From: Planctomycetota bacterium
GTDB taxonomy: Bacteria > Planctomycetota > PLA2 > JAEUHO01
DNA length: 64,000 bases
Assembly (NCBI GenBank): GCA_050248855.1
Contig: JBFWRP010000002.1
Span: forward strand, 160,001 to 224,000
Direction: 5' to 3'
Shown here: positions 56,465-64,000 of the stretch, in pieces
How positions within the stretch are numbered: position 1 is the first letter of the stretch
Layout: each line of letters opens with the position of its first letter
Translations under genes and position numbers: made by a program
The notes under the pieces: generated by a model
The model's input: only the letters and a program-made list of their open reading frames with translations
The model's database searches: none
Told to the model about the DNA's origin: nothing

Positions 56465-57898
56465 TCAGCTCCCGAATGCGGCCAGCCAGGCCCGGAAGTC
56501 GGTCTCCAGGGTGCGCACGTCCGGGCCGACGGTGCGCGTGAACAGCTCGCTGGCGGCCTTGGCGTCGTGGCTGCGGTGCTGGCCGGCCTGCGCGCCGGCG
56601 CCACTGCCTCGTGCAAGCAGCTCGAACTGCTCGAAGCGCTCGGCGATGTCCTTGCCGGCCGCCGTACGCAGCCAGCGGACGAAGGCCCAGCTCTGCAGGT
56701 AGAAGGCGTGCGACGAGCCGTCATCACGGGTGATGAGCGTCATGGCGTCATCGGTCAGGAACCGCTCGAACGGGATCCACGCCCCGTCGGCGGCCTGGGC
56801 CCGGACCCGCTCGGCGTCCTGGGGCCCCCCGACCTCGAGCTTCTTGCCGTCCCAGGTGAACGTGCCGGGCGCGCCGTAGGTCTCGGCCACGCCTTCGTTG
56901 TACCAGCTGGGCATCACCGCCGGCGACACGCCGTACTGGAACAAGTGCGTGCATTCGTGCAGCACGATGCCCTGCAGCGTCTCCTCGGACAGGCCCTCGC
57001 CGCAGATCACGGTCGCCCACGTCTTGCTGTCGGCCACGCCCGTGGCCTGCTTGTGACCCCCAAGTCCGGCTTGGTCGCACCACGACTCGAACGTGCTGCG
57101 CTTGGCGAAGACCAGCACCCGGAGCGGGCGCGTCGGACGCCCGCCCATGTCCGCTTCCAGGAACGGGACGAGCGCCGTGACGAGGGCCAGGAGCCCGCTG
57201 GCCTGCTCCATGCTGGACTCGCTTCGCACGACGGCCTCGTTGTTGGCCGCCAGGAAGATGGTCTGGATGTCGCCCAGGAGCTCGAGCGTGGCGTCGCGGA
57301 CGGCCAGGCGCCCGTTGATGCGGATGGCGCGCTCGAGCAGCTTCTCGCTGTGTTCCTTGGGAATCTTGCCTTGCGGCGTCGCAATCAGGCCGTCGTCGCC
57401 AGCCTCCAACGGGATGTCCAGCGACAGCACATGTTCGCGGTAGGTCTTGTAGGCCTCGTGGACAAGCCCCTTCTTGTCCGCCCACTTGGCCAGCTTCCAG
57501 CGCGCCTTGGCCAAGTCCTCCTCGGCGGCTTGCATGCGCTTCGTGTAGCCGCGTACCATGCCTGGCGAGGGCTTCTTCAGGCGCTTCGGCCAGAAGGCCT
57601 CGTCCAGCGACTGCATGAGCGCGAGGATGCGAACCGCCCACGCGTTGCGGCCCTCGGACACTTCCACCGCGCGCAGGAACGAGGTGGTGGCTTGGGCAAC
57701 GAGCCCGGCATCGCGGCACCACACACCCACCTTGGCCATCTGCGTGCCGGCCTCTTGCAGCATGGCCTCGCGCATGCGGTCCAGCTCCGTGCGGGCCGCG
57801 ACCGTCTTGGCGTCTTCGGCGTCCACCGGCCGTGCGGGCACGGCGAGAGCCGTGAACGCGACCGCCGTCAGCAAGATGCCCGACAACCAACCCCTCAT
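56465..57898 (-). CDS. Exported zinc metallopeptidase-like protein (DUF1570/MA-like)
   Basis: GGAGG RBS, signal peptide, LHECTH...WYNEGVAE, FYLQSWAFV. Confidence 0.8.
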   Translation of the reverse strand: MRGWLSGILLTAVAFTALAVPARPVDAEDAKTVAARTELDRMREAMLQEAGTQMAKVGVWCRDAGLVAQATTSFLRAVEVSEGRNAWAVRILALMQSLDEAFWPKRLKKPSPGMVRGYTKRMQAAEEDLAKARWKLAKWADKKGLVHEAYKTYREHVLSLDIPLEAGDDGLIATPQGKIPKEHSEKLLERAIRINGRLAVRDATLELLGDIQTIFLAANNEAVVRSESSMEQASGLLALVTALVPFLEADMGGRPTRPLRVLVFAKRSTFESWCDQAGLGGHKQATGVADSKTWATVICGEGLSEETLQGIVLHECTHLFQYGVSPAVMPSWYNEGVAETYGAPGTFTWDGKKLEVGGPQDAERVRAQAADGAWIPFERFLTDDAMTLITRDDGSSHAFYLQSWAFVRWLRTAAGKDIAERFEQFELLARGSGAGAQAGQHRSHDAKAASELFTRTVGPDVRTLETDFRAWLAAFGS

Positions 57899-58028
57899 GG
57901 CGTCCTCCGGGCCGACAGGGTAGCCCGGACGCGAGGCGGGCCGCTCGCCGGAGGTGGCGAGCGGCCCGCGCGGGGTGGCTTGGCGGTGGGAGGTGGCCAA
58001 GCCGGGTCACGCGATGGGCGTGCGGGAG

Positions 58029-58985
58029 CTACATCGAGCCCTGGCGGGGCAGGACGACGGCGTCGATCACGTGGATCACGCCATTGCCGGCCAGCACGTC
58101 GGTGGTCACCACGCGGGCGCCGTCCACCGTGATCGTGCCGTCCTTCGCGCGGACGATCGAGAGCTCTTGGCCCTGGACGGTCTTCACCCGGGTCGAACCC
58201 TCGGCGATCGCCTTGGCCAGGATGCGGCCGGGCACCACGTGGTAGGTGAGGACGCTGGCAAGCGCCGCCTTGTCGGCGAGCAGGCCCTTGAGCGTGGCCT
58301 CCGGGACCTTGGCGAAAGCGGCATCCGCGGGCGCGAACACCGTGAAGGGCCCGCCCTCGGCGAGCGTCTCGACGAGACCCGCGGCCTTGACGGCCGTCAC
58401 GAGCGTGGTGAAGCTGCCGGCACTGACGGCGGTTGCGACCAGGTCCTTGCGCGGCATCATGACGCTGTCGATCACGTGGATGACGCCGTTGCTGGCCTGG
58501 ATGTCCGTCGACAGGACGCGGGCCCCGTCGATGAGCACGCCGTCGTCCTGGGCCTCGACGCGCAGCGCGCTGCCGGACACGGTCGGTGCCCAGTCCAGCT
58601 TGACCGCGTCGGCGGCCAGGACGCGGCCCGGCACGACGTGGTACGTCAGCACCTCGGTCAGGGCCGCCTTGTCGGCGAGCAGCGCCTCGAGCGCCTTCGC
58701 CGGGACCTTCGCGAAGGCCTCGTCCGTCGGCGCGAACACCGTGAGGGGGCCCTGGCCGGCGAGGACGTCGACCAAGCCGGCGGCCTCGGCGGCCTCGAGC
58801 AGCGTGGAGAACGAGCCCGCGGCCTGGGCGGTCTCGACCAGGTTCTTCACGGGCGCGGTCCGGGTGTCGGAGGCGGGCTTGGGCTGGCCACCCGAGTAGG
58901 GGCAGGTCTCCCCGGCCAGGGCCGGGGAGCCGAGCGCCAGGACGCCGGCCAGGGACAGGGAGAGGAGACGAAGGGAAGAGCGCAT
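58029..58985 (-). CDS. Fasciclin (FAS1) protein with two domains
   Basis: Two copies of FTVFAP..AF, LTYHVVPG, NGVIHVID. Confidence 0.93.
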   Translation of the reverse strand: MRSSLRLLSLSLAGVLALGSPALAGETCPYSGGQPKPASDTRTAPVKNLVETAQAAGSFSTLLEAAEAAGLVDVLAGQGPLTVFAPTDEAFAKVPAKALEALLADKAALTEVLTYHVVPGRVLAADAVKLDWAPTVSGSALRVEAQDDGVLIDGARVLSTDIQASNGVIHVIDSVMMPRKDLVATAVSAGSFTTLVTAVKAAGLVETLAEGGPFTVFAPADAAFAKVPEATLKGLLADKAALASVLTYHVVPGRILAKAIAEGSTRVKTVQGQELSIVRAKDGTITVDGARVVTTDVLAGNGVIHVIDAVVLPRQGSM

Positions 58986-59121
58986 GGGAGGGACTCCGGA
59001 AAGGAGAGCGTGGGTCGGCGGGACCTACCCGCCCGCGCGACATCCTGCCCGGCGCCTGGAGTCGTACAGATAATTTACTAAACGAACGTGCGGTTCGTCC
59101 AGGTTTCCGCCCGGACGGCCG

Positions 59122-62100
59122 TTACCGGCCCTTGGCCTCGTCAAGCGCCCGCTCGACCAGCACGACGGCCCGCTCTGCCGCGTGGCGGACGCCCAGGTCG
59201 TCGTCGCTCCGCGCCATGCGCTTCAGGGTGGAGACCACGGACTTGGCCTCGACCCCCATGCGCCCGAAGGCCACGACGACCTCCTTGCGGATGAACGCTT
59301 CGCGGGCCTTCAGCAGCTTCTTGAGCGGCTTGACCGCGGGCTTGCCGATCCCGGCCAGGGCGGACCCGGCTTCGCCGGCGAAGACGAAGCCCATCGGGTC
59401 GGACAGGAGCTCGATCAGGTCGTCGACGGCGTCCTCCGCGTCCGCCCCGACGGCGCCGAGCGCACGGCAGATCATCGCCGTGCGCACGGGATCGCGCGCG
59501 CGCAGCGCCACGCGAAGGCGGGGGACGGCGCCCTTGCCCAGGCGGCCCAGCGTGTCGGGGATCGCCTCGCGGGCCCCCCAGGGGAGGCCCTCGGTGCCGT
59601 AGAGCTCGAGGAGGCGCGGCACGAGGGCGTCGGCTTTCGAGCGGGCATGGCCCAGGGCGGCGATGGCGGGGATCTGTCGGTTCGCGCCCGGCTCTTCGGG
59701 CGCGAACGCCAGGGCGAGGAGCGCGTCGTAGGCCTGCTCGGCGTCGATCGTCCCGATCGCCTGGATGGCGCTTGCGTGCAGCGTGACGTCCTTCTCCTTG
59801 GCGGCCGCCAGCAGGGCAGGCACCGAGCCCTCGGCGGCGGGCCCGAGCTTGCCCAGCGCACGGGCCGCGGCCGTGCGCAGGGCCACGTCGTCGCCGGTGG
59901 CCAGCAGCAGCTCCACGTCGGGGACCAGGGGCTTCATGGGCTCCCCCCCGCTGCCCACGAGCCCGAGGATGGCCATGCGCGTGGACGCCGAGCCCGTCCG
60001 CAGCATCGTGCGCGCTTGGCCCAGCCCCTCGACGGGAAAGGGCGTGAGCAGGGCCGTCGCGCTCTCCCGCTCGGCGAGGTCGGGCGACGTCAGCGCCCCG
60101 AGCAGCGTGTGCACGTAGCGATCCCGCGCCTCCGCAACGAGCGCCAGCAGCGCGCGGGCCCGCGCGGCCCACGCGCGGTCCTTGGACCGGGCTTCCACGG
60201 CCAGACGCGGCGCCGCGCCGACGGCCTCGCCGCCAAGCCGTTCCAGGAGGTCCAACGCAGTGCCGCGATGGCGGGGCGTTCCCAGCAGCCGCGCCAGCGG
60301 CCGGGCGAGGACGGCACCGCGTGGGCCGGCACGGCGTGCGCCCTCCAGCGCGAGCTGCAGGTCATCGCCGCGCGCGCGTTCGAGGGCCTCGCGGACGATC
60401 TCGAGGGCCGGGCCCTCCGCGGGCAGGGCGAGCCCGAGTCGCGCCACCGCGGCCGCCCGGCGCACCGCGAGGTCGGGATCGGTCAGCGCACTCTCGACGG
60501 CTGCCGCGCTTGGCTGCGTGCGCGCCGGATCGCGGCCCAGGGCGCGCAGCGCCACTGCGCGCGCCACGGGATCGTCCGTGGCGAGACACGCCCGCAGGAC
60601 CTCGTCGTTGCCGTGCGGCGCCGCGGGCGAGGCGGCCCAGGCCCGCACGCGCGGCGAGACATCCTGCTGGAGCGCCGCCAGGCGCTCGGCGTGGTCCGCC
60701 GCCCGCGTGGCCAGTCCGCGTGCCGCCGCGGTCCGCACCTGGGGATCGGGATCGGCCACGACCGCTTCGAGCAGCGTCAGCGAGGCGGTCGTCGGCTCGG
60801 GCACGGCGCCCAAGGTCAACAGCGCCTCGTGACGCAGCAGCGCGCTCCCGTCGCGGACGAGGTCGCGCAGCGTCGCCTGGACGCGCTCGTTGCCCTGACC
60901 GAGCTCCGTCAGGGCGCTGGCCGCGCCCAGTCGGACCTCCGGCGCACCCTTCCCCAGCCGCTCGGTCAGCGCGGGCAGTGCATCGAGCAGCTCGAGACGA
61001 GCGACGGCGTCGAGGAGGCGGCGTTCGACGGTCACGTCGTCGATCGGCCGCGAGAGCGCGCGCACGATGTCGGGTCGCTCGGGCTGCAGGGCCCCCACGC
61101 GGAACGGCGCCAGGAGCGACAGGCACGCCATGGCCGTTGCGTAGATGCGCCCGCCGTCGAGGCACCACACACCCACGGCATCCCACGACCCTTGCACGCC
61201 GGCGGGCGATCCGTCCATCCGCTGGGCTTGGATCAGCGCTCCGGCGAGCGCCTGCTCCCACGTGCGCGCCGAGGCTTCGGGAAGCGCCGCCGCGGCGAGC
61301 GCCCCGTAGTACCAGTAGTAGAGATCGATCGTGCCGCCTTCGAGGTCCCAGCGCGGGGGCAGCCCGGCAACGAGCCCGAACGACTTGCGGATGCCCGCGT
61401 CCTCGGGCGAGGCGTCGAGCAGCAAGAGGCGCGTGGCCAGCATGGCCGCCGTCATGGCTTCGCTCAGCTCCCCCGGGAACTTGTCGATCGCCTCTTGGGG
61501 GCGTGCCGGACCCGTGCCGCGCGTGAGGTAGCCCACCCGCCCGGTTTCCGCGTCCGTCACGCGTTCGAGGTAGCGGTCGATGTCGCCGCGCAGCTCGGCG
61601 GGCACGCCGTGGGGCAGGGTGCGCCCCGCCGCGGCCGCGATCACGTCCAGGCGATGCAGGAAGGCGAACGGCATGCACGACGTGCAGGTCGCCGAGGTGT
61701 CGTTGTCACCGGGTCGCACGCCGTAGCGCCAGCCGGCCGCGGGGTTGCGCGCGCGCTCGGAGAACGAGAGGCCCCGTTGGAGGGCCTTCGCGTACGTGGG
61801 GTCGCCCGTGAGGGCCCAGGCCTCGAGCACGGCGGGCAGCGCGAACGCGTGGTTGTAGATGTACTGCTGCGTGGTGCGCGGACCGAAGCAGCCCTCGTCG
61901 TCCTGGGCGGCGACCAGGAAGTCCAAGGCGCGCTTCACGGCGTCGGCGTGCTCGTGCGTCCCCGACGGGTCCACGCCGGCGGCTAGCAGGGCCGCGGTGG
62001 CCAAGCCCGTCACGCCCACTTCGTAGTAGGCCTTGCCCGGTCCGCTCGGTGCGTTCTGCTCGTCGTGCTTGCCGTTGACCCAGCCCAGCTCATGGGGGCG

Positions 62101-62358
62101 CCACGACCCCGTGCTGCCCTGGTGCGTCGCGAGCCACGTCACGGCATGCTGCACGGCCTCGAAGCGCCGCGTGCCCCCCGGCAGGTCCTGCCACGAGGCC
62201 GCCACCTCCGGCACACCGAAGGGGAACAGGTCCCCCAAGCCCTCTGCGGTCGGCGCGCGCGCGGCCGCCTCCTTGGCGTCTGCGGACGGGCCGCCGGCCA
62301 CGATCAGCGCGAAGCACAGGGCCAGGAGTCGGCCTCCCGGCGCGCGCCGGGCCTGCAT
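59122..62358 (-). CDS. Prenyltransferase/squalene-cyclase-like domain fused to HEAT repeats
   Basis: WLATHQ..GSW, FLVAAQDDEGCF, GWRY, DLYYWYYG, GGRIYATAM; about 600 aa of HEAT-like repeats; signal-like N-terminus. Confidence 0.75.
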   Translation of the reverse strand: MQARRAPGGRLLALCFALIVAGGPSADAKEAAARAPTAEGLGDLFPFGVPEVAASWQDLPGGTRRFEAVQHAVTWLATHQGSTGSWRPHELGWVNGKHDEQNAPSGPGKAYYEVGVTGLATAALLAAGVDPSGTHEHADAVKRALDFLVAAQDDEGCFGPRTTQQYIYNHAFALPAVLEAWALTGDPTYAKALQRGLSFSERARNPAAGWRYGVRPGDNDTSATCTSCMPFAFLHRLDVIAAAAGRTLPHGVPAELRGDIDRYLERVTDAETGRVGYLTRGTGPARPQEAIDKFPGELSEAMTAAMLATRLLLLDASPEDAGIRKSFGLVAGLPPRWDLEGGTIDLYYWYYGALAAAALPEASARTWEQALAGALIQAQRMDGSPAGVQGSWDAVGVWCLDGGRIYATAMACLSLLAPFRVGALQPERPDIVRALSRPIDDVTVERRLLDAVARLELLDALPALTERLGKGAPEVRLGAASALTELGQGNERVQATLRDLVRDGSALLRHEALLTLGAVPEPTTASLTLLEAVVADPDPQVRTAAARGLATRAADHAERLAALQQDVSPRVRAWAASPAAPHGNDEVLRACLATDDPVARAVALRALGRDPARTQPSAAAVESALTDPDLAVRRAAAVARLGLALPAEGPALEIVREALERARGDDLQLALEGARRAGPRGAVLARPLARLLGTPRHRGTALDLLERLGGEAVGAAPRLAVEARSKDRAWAARARALLALVAEARDRYVHTLLGALTSPDLAERESATALLTPFPVEGLGQARTMLRTGSASTRMAILGLVGSGGEPMKPLVPDVELLLATGDDVALRTAAARALGKLGPAAEGSVPALLAAAKEKDVTLHASAIQAIGTIDAEQAYDALLALAFAPEEPGANRQIPAIAALGHARSKADALVPRLLELYGTEGLPWGAREAIPDTLGRLGKGAVPRLRVALRARDPVRTAMICRALGAVGADAEDAVDDLIELLSDPMGFVFAGEAGSALAGIGKPAVKPLKKLLKAREAFIRKEVVVAFGRMGVEAKSVVSTLKRMARSDDDLGVRHAAERAVVLVERALDEAKGR

Positions 62359-62455
62359 GTGGTTTCGTCCCACGGGTTTCTCCCTCCCGTTGGCGGCTGC
62401 GGCCTGCCTCGTGCCAGTCTCCACGAAAGGCGGGGCCTTGCGGTACAGGGTAGCC

Positions 62456-63946
62456 ATGTGGCGCCGACCTTGGCTTTCCGCCCTGCTCTCGAGCCTCGTG
62501 CTGGCACTTCCCGCGGGTGCGGGCGAGCCCGACCCGACACCGCTGCTGGTCAACCCGGACCTGGTCCGCTGGCTCGGCGATCGACCCGAGGGCTGGTCGG
62601 TCACGCCCGGCGCCATGCGTTCGGCCGACGGGCCCGAGGCGACGCTCGCCGAGCTCGACGGTGGGGGGCTGGCGCTGGAGGGCGTCGACGCCACGCACCG
62701 CTGGCCGCTCCTGGCCCAGCGGGTCGCGATGGCGCCGTCGAGCACCGTCGAGGCCTCGTTCGATGTCCGTCTCGCCCGGCTCGGCGACGGCAGCGCCGAC
62801 TTCGCCAGCCACTACGTCGCCGTGCTCGCGTTGGATGCGTCGGGCAAGGTGCTCGCCACGGCGCTGCGCGACGTCTGGGCCGAGGACTTCGTCACGGAGC
62901 GCCTGGTCCTGCGCTGCCCCGCGGACACGACCCAGGTCGAGCTGCGCATCTTCCTCTCGCGCGTCGGGCGCCTCGAGGTCAAGCGCGTGCGTTTGCGGCG
63001 GCTCGCGCCCGCCGACAGCCTGGAGGTCCTGGCCGGCGCCGTGGCGCGGCTGCATCCGGGCGTGGCCGACGAGGACGTGCGCTGGGACGCGCGCGTCGCG
63101 CTGGTGGGCCTGGGCCCGGCCGCGATCGCCGAAGCCGAGACCTTCCTCCCCGCGGCGATCGCGTTGCTGGGCGCGCTGCGCGACGAGCACGTCGTGGTGG
63201 TGGGTCGCGACGGCCGTCGACACCCGACCTTCGCCAAGCCGATCGAGGTCGGCTTCTCGTTTCCCGCGGTGCGCGCCGCGCTCGAGTCCTTCGAGGTCGA
63301 GCCCTCCGTCCTGCTGTCTGGCACGACGCCCGACGGGCTCGCCTACGTGCTGGTCGACAGCCTGCCGTCCGACGCGCGCCGCGCCGACAAGCTGGAGAAG
63401 GCGGCGCGCAATGCCGTGGCGGCCCCAGGGCTCCTCGTGGACTTGCGCACCTGCTCGGGGGGCGACGAGCAGGTCGCGCAGCGCATGGTGCGGTGGTGGG
63501 CTGACCGGGACCGTGTGTACGCGCGCACGGAGACGCGCTCCGGCCCGGACCCCACGTCGTTCGTCGAGGTCGAACCGCGTCGCATCGGGCCTCCCGACGG
63601 CTACGCCCACGACAAGCCGATCGTCGTGCTCCTGGGCCCGGGCTGCGTCAGCAGTGGGGAGGGCCTGGCGCTCATGCTGCGCAGCTTGCCGCACGCCAAG
63701 CTGGTCGGTCGCTTCACGCGCGGCAGCAGCGGCAACCCCCAGCCGATCCCCTTGCCCAACGGGCTCACGGTGCTGTGCTCGACGTGGCGCACGCGCTTGC
63801 CCGACGGCGCGTTCCTGGAGGACGTGGGGGTGCCGCCGGACGTGCGTGTGGAGGGCCTGCCCACGCCCGACGGCCGCGATCCGCAGCTGGAAGCGGCGCT
63901 CGTGGCCCTGCGTCAGCTCGTCGCGGAGCGCGCGGCGAAGAAGTAG
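62456..63946 (+). CDS. S41 family peptidase with N-terminal beta-sandwich domain
   Basis: Signal peptide, LVDLRTCSGG, CVSSGE, TRGSSGNP, EDVGVPPDV. Confidence 0.85.
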   Translation: MWRRPWLSALLSSLVLALPAGAGEPDPTPLLVNPDLVRWLGDRPEGWSVTPGAMRSADGPEATLAELDGGGLALEGVDATHRWPLLAQRVAMAPSSTVEASFDVRLARLGDGSADFASHYVAVLALDASGKVLATALRDVWAEDFVTERLVLRCPADTTQVELRIFLSRVGRLEVKRVRLRRLAPADSLEVLAGAVARLHPGVADEDVRWDARVALVGLGPAAIAEAETFLPAAIALLGALRDEHVVVVGRDGRRHPTFAKPIEVGFSFPAVRAALESFEVEPSVLLSGTTPDGLAYVLVDSLPSDARRADKLEKAARNAVAAPGLLVDLRTCSGGDEQVAQRMVRWWADRDRVYARTETRSGPDPTSFVEVEPRRIGPPDGYAHDKPIVVLLGPGCVSSGEGLALMLRSLPHAKLVGRFTRGSSGNPQPIPLPNGLTVLCSTWRTRLPDGAFLEDVGVPPDVRVEGLPTPDGRDPQLEAALVALRQLVAERAAKK

Positions 63947-63954
63947 CTCCGCGC

Positions 63955-64000
63955 CTACTTGGCATCCAGGACGAGCGTTCCATCCCACGGCGTAGGGCGG
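63955..64000 (-). CDS. Possible 3' end of a gene entering from the right edge
   Basis: Frame RPTPWDGTLVLDAK* ends 8 bp from the S41 stop. Confidence 0.3.
   Translation of the reverse strand, partial: RPTPWDGTLVLDAK

Noticed and set aside
58029..58860. DNA-level direct repeats as a mobile element
   Set aside because: Explained by the two tandem FAS1 domains.

Overview
Very GC-rich (about 70% or more) bacterial chromosomal segment with about 50 genes. The gene mix suggests Planctomycetota or a relative (inference): an ECF sigma factor with a long C-terminal extension, DUF1570-like and DUF1579-like exported proteins, and a prenyltransferase/HEAT protein. In order: a partial WD40-caspase gene; a Tad/Flp pilus cluster on the minus strand (about 3.0-15.4 kb); an ECF sigma fusion; a 56-aa Pro/Ala/Lys micro-protein with its own sigma54 promoter and terminator, divergent from a sigma54 activator; a NERD-helicase; MazG-like and TPR genes; pckA; a REP/BIME-like repeat mosaic; a coupled pair of a TPR-adenylate cyclase and a membrane-anchored HEPN (RxxxxH) protein; two RND efflux systems; a diadenylate-cyclase-like gene heading a redox gene run; a BlaI/M56 pair; and fasciclin, peptidase and HEAT proteins. 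No rRNA, tRNA, CRISPR array or transposase was recognised. The best candidates for an undescribed system are the cyclase plus transmembrane HEPN pair (29898-34483) and the sigma54-driven micro-protein unit (17590-19511). All product calls come from reading motifs by eye; no database search was run.
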